Origin: Lepidodermella squamata
Taxonomy: Eukaryota; Animalia; Gastrotricha
Assembly: GCA_047495785.1 (NCBI GenBank)
Contig: JBLDXI010000009.1
Coordinates: forward strand, 806,001 to 870,000
Direction of reading: 5' to 3'
Length of the DNA: 64,000 nt
Under the pieces are notes generated by a model that was not told the origin of the DNA, searched no databases, and was given only the letters and a program-made list of their open reading frames with translations. The translations under genes were made by a program, and so were the position numbers. This document shows positions 1 to 12,363 of this stretch, piece after piece; positions within the stretch are counted from its first letter, which is position 1, and each line of letters starts with the position of its first letter.

Positions 1-1417
1 TTTGCTTTCCACCAGGAAGGTCTTTGGTCAAGTTTGTTGATATGTTGGGAAACTGCAGATCGCATTGAATTTAGCAGCGCTTTCTAATTCGCTGATGGAA
101 TAGCGCTGAATAGCTGGCCAGATCCGGGCAGGATTGCTGCCGGAAAATTTGGGGTCAGCGAGAAATTTCGGGAAGCATTTTTAGACCGTTGCAAAGCAAA
201 AAGGGTAAAAACACCGCCAGCTGAAGCACGCTTTGCTCGCGAGTGGCTGATTTCGGGTATAATTGAAAGTAAAGTAGGTTTTAGAAAGAAAATATAATAA
301 GGAAAAAAAGCCGACGGGTCTCGTGGCAGACCCCGTATAGATGTTTGCAATGAAACCAAAACTTCCGAATTCCGAAAAATCTGTTGACTGGACTTGTACC
401 GAAACAAGAGACCATGGCAGTAGATCGAGTTGAATGGCAAAAAATAGTTGAGTCTCTGAAAGATTTGGAATTTTATAACAAAAGTAAAACATTTCATTAT
501 CTTCGCCTCTATTATGGAATTATAAGACAGGAGACGACGTCGCCGAAGTCTCCCCGCAGTCTACTTTTTGTTTCGTAGAGCGGTAATTTCCAATCAATCT
601 AATTCAATCAATGCTCGGCAATTTCGATGAACTCCGATACAATCGGGATTCGTATGGCTGCGACAACCTGCCAGCTTGCGATGGCCGCCTTTCTCGCGTG
701 GAAAGCGCCTTCTTCGAACTACTGGTCGCCGTCGCCAAAGCCATCGAGTTCCTCCTGGCGAGGAAATTGCGCTGAATAGGCGGCTTGAATGCGAGGTCAA
801 TCAAGAACGTGGTGCCAGGGTTGCGCTCAGCGATCGCTACAGATTACACTCGACAGCTTCCGAGAATTCGTGTTTGGTGTTTGGCATAGAGAACTCTATG
901 GTGTTTGGTGACATCGCCGCCATGAAAAATGACATCAACAAGTTTAAGCCACATGCCGAGATCGACTGCATGCGCTTCTACGCGGACACTGCGACGCTGA
1001 CACGGCAATACCAAGAGCAGGTGGAGCCACTGCTACACGGAAAGCTATGCCGTCGCTCATTCGGTGTCCAAAAGGTCGAGAAAGCATCTGCGATGACTCA
1101 GCCTTCCGAATCTCCCAAGCAGGACGGTCGTCGAGTTTCAGAAAACGGCCAAACGGGCTGTACCGGACTGCCCGTCGATTCCAGCCCGCCACAGCCTCGA
1201 CTACGGCACTCTCACGAGGCCAGCCGCTTTATTTTTTATTTATTTATTTGTCTCTTTTTTTCATCGAGCGCTTTAACGCTTTCCTCCTCAATGGCCGCTT
1301 CGAGCCCGACAGCCGTAGGTCTTATAGCCTTTTCTCCGAACTCGGCGACTTGGTGATCGACTGCTCAGTCAGCTTAGCCCAGTCCATCTACGCGATCGAA
1401 GTTGAGAGGTGCTCTGA

Positions 1418-1593
1418 CAGTGTTTTTTTTAAGCAGTTTAACAGTTTAAATTTTAAACACCAAACGAGAAATTTTTAAACACCAAAAAGGGCGAAATTTG
1501 GCCGAAATAGCAAGAAAATCGGTCTTCACCCCCCAAAATTACACTCCAAAACCGCAAATTTAAACACCGAATCAATCCTTAAAAAACACGCTG
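1418..1593. mobile_element. MITE (non-autonomous DNA transposon, 176 bp) with 16-bp TIRs and 7-bp TSD
   Basis: The left end CAGTGTTTTTTTTAAG (1418-1433) matches the reverse complement of the right end, CAGCGTGTTTTTTAAG (1578-1593), at 14/16 positions. GCTCTGA flanks both sides (1411-1417 and 1594-1600). TTTAAACACC occurs three times internally. Confidence 0.75.
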
Positions 1594-2169
1594 GCTCTGA
1601 GCACACCGATCATGCCCGGATAACCGCAACCATTGAGTTTTGGTTAGATCAGACTTCGCATAAATAAAGCTAAACTGTCTTTCAGAGCTGATTGTTCCTC
1701 TTTCCACTCAGCCCAGGTGATAGCCGAACAACTCAAATCGACCCCTCAAAGACCCCTGTCGCTTGCTCCAAGCCTCTCCGCACCAAGATTGCCTCGGCTT
1801 CCGACGGGGGTGAAGACGCTCACTCAGCGTCCGCCTGGCTTCACTCTTCGGCCGGTCGATACCCCGAACTCGCCCTCGCAAGACCTCCTCCGGCTCGCAA
1901 GATCCCACCGCTTAGTTCACCCTGGGCATTGCGACAAATAATCTGTTCAATTTCAAACTAGCATCGAACGACATGGCTATCAGATGGCGTGTATTGTCGG
2001 GAGAACCACCTACTGAAACTGCTACCTCTGCCAGCCGCGGTACTACACATCAAACTCGGACAGGTTCTAGCGGTGGAAAAGTGTCAGCAAGGGGGATCCA
2101 CCGACCACAACTGCGACAGCGCCCTCAAAAGAAGGTATGCTCGTTGCGCGACTGTCTCTCGACCTGCTA

Positions 2170-2370
2170 CGCTGCCGGCCCCGATATCCTTTCCTTCAAC
2201 ATCAGAGACAACATCAGCAAGCCTCGCCACGCGTGTTCAGCAAAGGCGTCTTCCTGTTAAACTGGAAAGATGCACTAATTTGCCCGATTTTCAAAAAGGG
2301 CTCCAAGTCGGACGTTGAGAATAATCGAACACAATCTGCCTGTGTGTTGCAAAACTTTTCAGGTTGTGCG
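2170..2370 (+). mobile_element. Decayed non-LTR retrotransposon (LINE) reverse-transcriptase fragment
   Basis: The frameshifted peptides AAGPD...ISKP and NWKDALICPIFKKGSKSDVENNR match the GPD...WK.A.I.PIFKKG.K.D..NYRPISL motif found at the start of CR1/L2/Jockey-type RT domains. Confidence 0.65.
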
Positions 2371-3643
2371 AGAAGCGCCTTCGTAATTGGCTCGCTTTCT
2401 TCCCTCCTCTCAGAGCGGAGAAATTCGGATTCGTGCCACACAGCTTTCGCATTCGCTCTCGAACGGTTGAAGCGCCGCGTTCGACACCGTCTCGCACCGG
2501 AAATAGCAGGGAAATAGCTGCGGCTGAATTTTATTACAAAACCGAGTAATAAAATAATGTTAATATACAGTCTTGTGATAAATTGATAAAACGTTAAAAT
2601 TGAAAACAAACAATTCAAATTTTGGCGCGGGCTCATCAAAAAACCGTTCCTTGGCTGACCGAGAGCGCCGCCGCAGCTCAGTGAGGGGTTTAAGATGGGA
2701 GCCTCGGAAAGGTAAACAGTCTACACCGTTGCCGCAGTTGGCTAGCCATATTACACGCACAGGGCAAATAGCCTATTACTGAATATTGCGCACTCCGATA
2801 TTATGTTTGGTTATTTGCGTGAATCGAATGATTACACTATAACATGCCATGCTGCGTTTTTTTACGTTTATGGTATATTGATAAGTTAAGGAGTTACATG
2901 TTCTCTATTTTATAATTTTCTTATTAGCTAACTGATCATTTTTGTTATAAACTGGCCCTTTGGCTGCTTTTGCCGCCGTTGTTAAATATCTCGTCACCAT
3001 GCGCTTCCCCCATAGAAATCGACGTCCCTTTCAGAAATGGTAAAACTTTTCACATGCTTGAGAAATAGGAATCAATACTCCAGCTCGTAGTTTTACCAGG
3101 GATAAGCCGCCCTCAAAGATGCAGGTCGGGAACAGTTAGCACGCTATTTGGTCTTTCGCTACTTTCCGGCTGATATTTCCCGTCTTAGGTAAAGTTAGAC
3201 AAGCTTTCCCTCCCTTATCCATTTTTCTTAACTAAGATGTCAGCCATCTCAGAGAAAAAAATATTTACAATATCTGGCAGATTGAGTAGGTAGGTCGTTT
3301 TGCATTGTTCCTCGGTTAATGTCGTTAGTGCTCGCAAGCGAACGTGCGCATAGTCAATTGTTAGCTCCAGGCTGGAAACTGGAAAGAGGCTTCGTACGGT
3401 TACTGCGACCCGCGACTCGGGTTCAATGAAGCCCCTTGTCAATTTATATTTCGTCTATTTAAAGGAAACAGGCATATTGGGACCAACTTTTTAAATTATT
3501 GTTGACAAGCGTTAATAGACTGCTGAGTTTTGTAATGTTTGTATCTTGTTTTGGTCGATTTTTCTGCTATGATTTTCCTCCCAAATTTTTCTATGATCGC
3601 AATTTTAGAAAGAACCGAAAGACGGAAAGCAGAAGGAAAGGAT

Positions 3644-6026
3644 ATGATTACAGTGTGCTCGCGATTTTACTCGTCTAAAAGCGCTTACGTGACTGATCTG
3701 GTCCTTGGCAATGGTCGAAAAATAAACTGCAAAACTGGCCATTTGGCAAGGTTGGCTGACGGATCATCATTGCTACAAACTGGACATACTGCTATTTTGG
3801 CCACAGCAGTCGGAAAGTCTAGTACAAATAGTTTGCTTGCGAGAGGTTTCGCCCCATTGAGTGTCGAGTACCGCCAAAGGGCTGCCGCAGCAGGTCGAAT
3901 TCCAATGAATTTCCTTCGACGTGAGATGGCTCCGTCTGAACGTGAAGTGCTCAGTGGTCGCCTGGTTGATCGGTCAATCAGGCCTCTGTTTGCTGTAAAC
4001 ATGCCGGTCGAAACGCAGGTGGTTTGCTCGTTATTGTCGATGGACTCCGAGAACGATTCGGATGTGTTAGCGGTCAATGCTGCTTCTCTGGCTCTGGCAA
4101 CCTCTGATATTCCGTGGGCGGCATCTTCGGAAGCTGTCGGTGCCGTCAGAATAGGACTGGTAGATGGAAAATATATTGCCAATCCCACCAAAAGTGAATT
4201 GCTCCTGTCTTCATTAAATCTGCTTTTGTCTGCGACGTCTACAGGTATTAGCTTGTTGCGCACCATGACTTGCGCGGAGGTTATCAAGTTGTGTTTTTAA
4301 AGGAAATATTATCATGCTGGAGGGTAGCGCAGGAGAAATCGATTACGATCACTTTATCGCAGCTCTTGAGGTGACTTTTCTTCAACTTTAGTATCTCATC
4401 ATTATCCTATATAGCCCGATGTAGTTTGGTTTAGTTGAAGCCAGTAAAATCGCAAGAAGAATATTGGAAATCGGCGTGGCAGCGGGAAAAGTTAAACGCA
4501 CAATTGGCGTATTAGCACAGCCGGATTCATCTGTTATGGATTCCATTTATTCATTGTCAGCTGTCAAATTGAGAGAAATTTTGTCAGATGCGTCGCATGA
4601 TAAATTATCCCGTGACAAGGCGATAAATTTAATGCGTGAAGAGGTTGTTGCTCAGATGCTATCAACCCAATCTACCGGATCGAATAATTTGCAAATCATG
4701 TATTCCGAGGCATTCTCGCAAACAGTGAAGAAGATTTTCCGCCGGCAAATACTTGATAAGCAGTTGCGATGCGATGGTCGAGGATTGGATGACCTGCGTC
4801 CACTGTCTTGCGAGGTTGACGTTTTTGCTCCTTTGCACGGATCTGCTATTTTTCAGCGCGGGCAATCTCAAGTGTTTGCCACAGTGACTTTCGACAGCCA
4901 AGAAGCGGCTTTTCGCCCGGATCCCGCGGCGGCATTGTTAATGGGCCTACGCGAAAAGAACTTCATGCTGCATTACGAATTTCCTGGGTTCGCAACCAGT
5001 GAGTTGAGTCGCCCTGGCGCAGTCAGTCGCCGTGAGATTGGACATGGCGCTCTAGCGGAGAGGTCTTTACGACCTGTCATACCAAGTGACTACCCCTTCA
5101 CCATCAGAATTACAGCGCAAGTTCTAGAATCAAACGGATCTACATCAATGGGCGCTGCATGTGCGGGCAGCTTGGCGTTGATGGATGCAGGTGTACCTCT
5201 GACAAGCACTCTTGGTCGCCCGGGACCCGGGCATATTGCTGGAGTAGCCATGGGTTTGATTACTGATGACGATTTGAGTAGAAACGTTGTGCTAACTGAC
5301 CAAATTGGCATCGAAGACTACATGGGCGATATGGACTTCAAGATTGCCGGCAGTCTTCGAGGTCTGACCGGGATACAAGTTGATACAAAGTTATCAACTG
5401 GTATCCCCATTGGCGTCGCTGCCGAGGCTGTGAAGCGAGGCCGATCTGCTATCGCAAGGACTATCGATGTCATGGCGAAAGCGATAGCAAAGCCTCGCAG
5501 TGAGAGAAAGCCTTGGGCCCCAGTCTCCGATCGATTCAGTGTGCCCGCTGCTCGTCGCTCCCAAATTGCCGGATTGGGTGGCTATAATTTGCGTCGTCTA
5601 TGTGCCGACACTGGAATAACACTGACACCTATTGACGATTCAACCTACGAAGTTTTCGCGCCTAACCCGCGCGCGATGTCCGAGGCGCGTGAGCGATTTT
5701 CAGCATTGTGTTCGACTGCTGAGAACGCATCGCAGGCATCTGGTGATAGCCAACTTGAATTTGGCTCCATCTGCAAAGTCAGGATTATCGAGTTGCGGGA
5801 TTTTGGCGTCATTGTCGAATTTCCAAAGACCGTTTCAGCCAACATTGGTCCCGTGCTGATTCATAACTCTCAACTTGATTCTAGGCGTATTTCGCATCCT
5901 TCTGCATTGGGACTTTCCGTGGGCCAAGAAATAAGCGTGAAATATTTTGGCCGCGACCCAGCTACAGGTGGTATACGATTGTCGCGGAAAGTTTTATTTG
6001 TAGGAGCCCCGTCTGGTAAAGTTTGA
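3644..6026 (+). CDS. PNPT1: Polyribonucleotide nucleotidyltransferase 1, mitochondrial (PNPase), ~756 aa
   Basis: Exons 3644-4244, 4303-4370 and 4425-6026 (GT-AG, in frame). Motifs include GRIPMNFLRRE, RLVDRSIRPLF, RCDGRGLDDLR, HGSAIFQRGQSQ, RREIGHGALAE, SNGSTSMG and EDYMGDMDFKIAG, followed by KH and S1 domains. Confidence 0.95.
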
Positions 6027-6373
6027 ATTTGTTGAGTTTTGAAACGCAATATACAATTAATTAGATACATACGCTTACTTAGCTTCTTCAACTTGAGCTT
6101 CTCGAATTTTAGGGCTGTTATAAATGGTTATTTACCTGTTACCGTTTATTCACTGGATTTCATTGGGACTCGGATTACTGAAAACAACTCGAGTTTGGTG
6201 CCGTGCAATCATCGATTTTTCCATGATTCTTTCCGAACGCTTGCTATTTACAAACATTTTTGCTATTCATCACAATTTTCTCATTATGTATTTAGAATTT
6301 TTTATGCTGCATTATGAAGACGTGGAGCTGAAACGGGTGAGAAACAATTCTTTGTCGATCTAGTTGGGCCAAA

Positions 6374-9300
6374 ATGGAGCTAGCACAGGTTAGCAATTGA
6401 TGATCCTTTCTCGATTCATTTCGTTATCAATTAATTCCATAGATTGACATGATCTACTCGCTGCTGTCGATGCTTAACACCGACGACAAAGAACACATTT
6501 CGCGAACACTGCTCGGCATGTCGACGTGCCGTGACTCGTGCATCGCTATGCGCCAAGCTGGCTGCATGTCTCTTCTCGTGCAACTCATTCACGGCTGCCC
6601 GGATAATGCCGCGGGTAGGAATCTTGGAGGCAGCGCCGCTACTAGCATTGTCTCGCTGTCCGGGTCCGGCGGCAGTCGTGTCGCCCGCCAGCGCGCCGCT
6701 GCCGCGCTGCACAACCTCGTACATTGTCTGCCCGACGAAAAGTGGCGGCGGCGCGAGGCGCGTGTGCTACGCCTTCTCGAAATCGTGCGCGAATACTCAG
6801 ATTGCCAACAGCAAAGAATGGCTGCAAGTGGACAAGGGGCGCCGCCGGTCGACGCCAGCCGTGTCGGACCCGCTGTCGCTGCACTTATGAAGCTGTCGTT
6901 TGACGAGGACCATCGCCACGCCATCACGGTGTTGGGTGGATTGCAAGCAGTTTCCGAGCTGCTTGTTGTCGACCTCGAGATGTTTCCGATCGTTCCTGGT
7001 GCTCGGCCCTCTGCCCTATCGCTGAACATCCGGCGGTTCGGCTGTATGACCCTGACAAACCTTACTTTCGGCGACGTCACTAATAAGTCGTTGTTGTGCT
7101 CTATGCCGACTACCTTGAAAGCTGTTGTCGCGCTGCTTGGGTTCATTGAGAACGAAGATATCGTCCAAGCTGCCGGCTCGGTTCTACGCAATCTTTCTTG
7201 GTCGGCCGACCCACCCAGCAAACTAGCCTTAAGAGAGGCTGGCGCCGTGAAGCAGCTCGTGCGTAGTGTCATGGCAGTTAAACGCGAAGCAACACGTACC
7301 GTATGTATTCTCGTCATTGTATTATTGTATATATTGGAAGCTATTTCCGCCTTGAAAATTCCCGAATGACTTGATTTTCATCTTGAAAAGTCACAACCAT
7401 TGTCCTAAATCTATACGTTTTCTTTCTTTCAGGCTGTTTTTAGTGGGCTGTGGAACGTTTCAGCGCATCTCTCGGAGAACAAGGCGGATATTTGCCAAAC
7501 AGAAGGAGCCTTGGACTTCATCGCTTATGCGTTAACTCTACCCGGCTCAATAGGCGAGTCTGCTGGGGGAGTGCTGCGTAACATATCGAGTCACATCGCT
7601 GTCAACAACGAATACCGACAAATCTTGCGGCGGCGAGGCTGCCTCGAAGTACTCGTATCGCAGCTCAAGTCGACAAATCTTACGACGGTGAGCAACGCTT
7701 GTGGCGCGCTGTGGAACCTATCTGCCAAGTGTCCCGAAGATCAACAAGCCTTATGGGAACTGGGCGCCGTGCAAAATCTACAAGCGCTTACATCGTCTAA
7801 GCATCAAATGATCGCGACCGCCGCATCGTCAGCTATTCGTAATCTGCAGTCTTATAAGCAGCAGCAAATGGCGATGGCAGCTGGGGGTGTTGTCGACGCT
7901 CAACATTGCATCAAACAATCGCTCAATAAAACGACATCGGAAAGTGGCGATACCACTCACGCGCCGCTCGCCTCGTCTTTTCCTGGTCCTGGTCGGCAAC
8001 TACAGTCTCAACCACCGCAGATGTCCACTAACCAGCAAAATCAGATGCAACACGTTTCATCGGCGTCATTTTCGTCGCCTTTTGCCCCGGCGAATGACCC
8101 CGTTAAGGTTGGCGGGGCAACAACAGCAGCTGCGAAAGCTCAGTCTTCCCTCCTCGGCCTGCTTGGCAACAAAAACTCAATATTGTATAGCGACACGCCT
8201 AACTCAAACGTCGTGCACCTAAACTACCTTCACATGTTGGCGACGCGGGGTCAGGCTCCGCCGTCCGCGCAGCAGCAGCAGCAGCAGCAAACGCCCTTTC
8301 AGCCACAGATTGCGAAAACACCGACAGAAAACTCTTCGGTGCGTGCGTCTCCGCAGCTGCAACGCCCTCTTTCGGCAAACGTGGCTGTTCGCAACATCGT
8401 CGGTCTTTCGCCATCGCCTTTTGCTGGTAAGAGCACTGACCTAGACGCGCCGCCTGGCAGCAACGATGACGACGAAATCGAAGACGAACAGCCGACCAAC
8501 TTTGGTCAGCGTTTTCAAGACACTGAGCAGCAAACGATGGCGCCGCCCCCTAAACCCACACAGCCCCAATTCTCGCTGGGTGCATATGGTGTTAAGAGTA
8601 GCACCTCTCCCACCGGTAGTTCGAACAGCAGTCATAATAACGAAAACAAGCTAAGCGAGCAAGCATCAGCGAAAGCAATGCAAGCGCCCGGTAAGCTGCA
8701 AGTGATGCAAGTGAAGCAACCGACGCACGTTACATTCGCTGAAACGGTCGAGCAGACCCCGATGATGTTCTCTCGACGTTCCTCTGTCGACTCGCTCAAC
8801 AGTGTCGATGTGCCATCAATCCGGAGTGATGCCGTGTCCGAATACAGCCGTATTGCCAGCGGCGTCATTTCACCGACTGATCTGCCTGAATCACCGGGTG
8901 CCATCGCCGAGGAACAGCTCCAGCAGCGGCTCCACCAGCAACAAGGCCGGCCGCAGAATGCGTTTCGACTGCCTGGCCCTGTGACTTCCGTTTTCGCGAC
9001 TCCCCATCCGATTGTGAAAGCCCGACTTGGTGCTACTGTGTCGGCACCACTTGCTGCCGCGGAAGAGTCGTTTCCGGCGGTGGATTCTTACGCTGACGAG
9101 GCAGAACGGCCTGTCATCTATGCGACAGAGGACACGCCTGCTGTTTTGTCGCATGCCACCAGTCTTAGCAATCTGACTACACCAGGCTTTGAAACTCCTG
9201 GCGGAACGTTTTCGCCTGTTCGTGCAGTAAGTTCTGTTTCATTTCTTGTGTTTGATACCCTTCGGAATAACGAGTGGCCTCTTCCTGACAATGCATATTT

Positions 9301-11474
9301 ATCGACTCTCTTTCTTTCTTCTAGATTGGAACTGATCGGCCTGTATCGCCCCCGACAGCCGCAAGCATGCGGTTGTTTTTCCCAAAAGCCGTCGAGCCGG
9401 AACCCGCAGATGACGAAGTGATGCAGTATTATACTGAGGATACTCCGTGCCACCTGTCAGCCTCCAGTTCACTGAGCTCACTCAGTGTAATGTCGCACGC
9501 GAGCAGCCGCAGGTCTGCTAACACCACCCCACTCCGTCAAAAAGTCTTTGCGCTTCAATCCGGCGTCGTTGGTCCAAGCTCTGGACCATTCTCGGCACCT
9601 GGAACCGGAGGCGCGGCTTTGCACCCGCGTGTTGTGGCTGCCGCGTCGCGAAACGCGGATCCATACGTGCGCAATTCTCCTTTCATGCAGGCAGCCGCTT
9701 TCAGCCCATTCGTAGCCGCTTCGCCTCATACTCGTCCGCGACCGAATGCCGCCGTACTGCTTGAAGAGTCGGGCGAGGATAGCCACAATGCATCAGGCAT
9801 CAGCCAGGAGCAAGTGGGAACACGGGATATTTCGTTGCACGAGGACGAAGGTGAAGATGCGCCGCGAGTGTTAGCTGAAGAGGAGGATGACGACGACGTT
9901 GACCACCGCATCTTACAGCACAACCAGCACAACAGCGAAGACGAGGGCGAGCCTGGTGATGGCTTAAAAGCTGCAGAACCACACGATCTTGATGACGAGG
10001 ACGGTGATGAGTCGGAAACTGAAGACCTCATTCAGCAACTGATCGATACTGCGCTTGAGAACCCGAATACTTCAATTAACGCTGCGAACAGCAGCCACAA
10101 GGCGGAGCCGAAGCAAGCCGACCCAGTCGACGCTTTGTCTGAACAGGTCTCTGCGGTACGCATCGGCGAAGTTGGCACTGATTTGGATGACGAGCCGACT
10201 GAAAAAGAGCTCGAGATGCTCGAAGAGTGTATTAATCTCGTGCTAACGCCAGATGCCGCCCCGCCTGCGAAACCGGCGCCTCCTACGACGGGTGTTGCGA
10301 TTAAGCTGTACCCGGAAGGAACGGCTCCCGTGTCTGAACCGTTTACCTCAGCAGCAAAGACAACGGTTTCCAGTACCACGTCCCCATCAAAAGCCGCTAT
10401 GATGCCAAGTCAGAAAATGTCAAAGCGCAACTCTTTGACGGTTGTACCCGCCTCTTCGAAGATACGGTCACCTCAAAAACCTAGTGGCAGTGAAACTGGC
10501 AGCGACTCGCAGCAACACATGCACTACCTAAAAAGTAAGTCGGTGTTTTGGCATTTTGCATATTTTACACCAAAGCCAAAGTCTGGACTAGTTTGATCAT
10601 TTTGGTCATTTTAGGAGATGAAATGGACGATTTCACCCATAATAATTAACATCTACAATTTATTAGATGTCTGTTTATATTGCATTTTTTTACAGGCCAA
10701 GCCGCATCGCGTCGAAAATCTGCAGCTGTCAAGCTCAACTCGGCAGAGACTTCGCCGATCGACGCTGGTCGTTCGACGTCCCCGGCAAGTCGTGGTGGTT
10801 CGTCATCTGGAGGGGGATCGAATGCGCGGCATGTGAGTTCGAAGAAACTGCAACCGCACGCCGGGGCTGCTAGCAGCAAACGATCGCCAACGCAAACCAC
10901 GCAACCAGGATCGAAACGCACCACCTCGCAATCACGCCGCAGCCGCAGCAGAGGCGAAGACGTGATAAGCGGCGCGAGTGGGCTCGTATCACCTCCTTCG
11001 GGTTCGTGTCCAAACAGTGCCTCGAAAGTGTCGCCCTCGTCTTCATCCAACGCTTCACTTGGCTCATATAATGCAAAACCATCCGGAGCTTGCTCGAACA
11101 TTGCGTGCGGCAACTCGATGAATGCCGCACAAGGCAGCACAAAGCGATGGAATTTCTCGACTCGCCCAAATCCGCCCACATCTAATGAACTTCAAGTCGC
11201 TGGGGCTAAACCATGTTGTAAGCATCACGTTGAGCGTGAACCTGTTTCCGATGCATCCTCGCGGCCATCTTCGTCGACTAACTACGTTTGGCAGCGTCCT
11301 CTGGCCGTGCAAAGCGGGCGCAAGCCGACGAACGCTTCATCTTCGGCGACAGGGGAGAACAGCCAACCTTGTGCTACACCAGACACGGCATCTACTAGTG
11401 CTCAGGATGGCACCGACGGCACCTCAAGTGGCCAGGGAAAATCCTCACGCCGCGTGCTCATGACGACAGTGTGA
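6374..11474 (+). CDS. APC: Adenomatous polyposis coli homolog, ~1551 aa (long isoform)
   Basis: Exons 6374-6388, 6443-7300, 7433-9226, 9325-10534 and 10696-11474. It has the pre-Arm segment MIYSLLSML...DSCIAMRQAGC and Arm repeats (LMKLSFDEDHR, MTLTNLTFGD, LRNLSW, VSNACGALWNLSAKCPEDQ). It also has a 15-aa-like repeat (EQPTNFGQRF), 20-aa repeats (QTPMMFSRRSSVDSL, TEDTPAVLSHATSLSNL, TEDTPCHLSASSSLSSL), a CID/sequence B (SGVISPTDLPESPG) and a C-terminal PDZ-type motif (MTTV). The start exon is inferred. Confidence 0.93.
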
Positions 11475-12363
11475 TTTGATCACTTCGAATAAATTCAGAT
11501 CAGCTAGTCACCCTGCATGCATTTTTACCATCATTGATCGAACTTGTGTAGTAAATCTTTTTGAGTATTATTTCTGTTTCGAATGGTATTATTATTATTC
11601 GTATAATTAGTACCACGATAATATCAACTTCTTTCATTTTTATTCTTATTGTTTGCTCGTTCATCGCATGGCGCTCTCGCTATTTTTCATTACATTAGGA
11701 ACGCTCAACCGTGGTTGTTACGTGACGAAATAGCCTTACAGTTTTCAAGAAATGCTGATCACCTTCTATCAACAACAATAGCGATCTCTTGTGCGCCTGC
11801 CAGTTATATTCGTTAGTTTCTTCCCGATTTTAGCCAGCTTGTTGGCTTTCGCTTTTTTATTTGTTAACGATGTTTGCGGTCATAGCCTCGAACTCAAGTA
11901 CGCCTTGCATTCTAGAAGAAAGTTGATTAATTGCTAAATCTTTATGGTGAGATGATATTAAAGGCACTAGCTAATTAGCCCTTTCATCTTTTCATTGGTT
12001 ATTTTAGACTGCCGAAACTATGTCGCCACAATACATTAACAATGATTTTTCATTTACTTTACGCTCGATCAAAAAGACGTTTTTATGCATTGTTAGCAAA
12101 GAATAAATAATGAATAAAATTTGTGTATATACTGAAGTTTTTCGAATTCACACACAACAGTTGACAATGTAAGCGCTTGCTGCTGCTGAGCCGCATGATG
12201 GTAACGGTCCGCTATTGATTGGGTATTTTTGAGTGTTACGAGCTGCTTATGCTTAGGATAACTGGTTCATTAATTTCATTTTTAGACTAGAATGAGCTTC
12301 ATGACGTGTGGTCTTTCTATGATCGCCAACTTGGAAAGAATCTAAGGATGGAAAGAAAAAAGA

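Noticed and set aside
594-1356. 226-aa ORF and neighbouring GC-rich ORFs
   Set aside because: No recognisable domain or coherent splice model. It runs through a (TTTA)n tract that resembles a retroelement tail and lies among transposon debris.
1692-1961. WLHSSAGRYPELAL, resembling a hAT dimerisation domain
   Set aside because: The match is too short and lacks the downstream SERxFS-type motif.
2660-2750. tRNA- or SINE-like start (GCAGCTCAGTG)
   Set aside because: No B box or cloverleaf could be built.
6589-7317. Long antisense ORFs over APC (also over PNPT1, GRK2 and others)
   Set aside because: These are shadow ORFs of GC-rich coding exons with no independent features.
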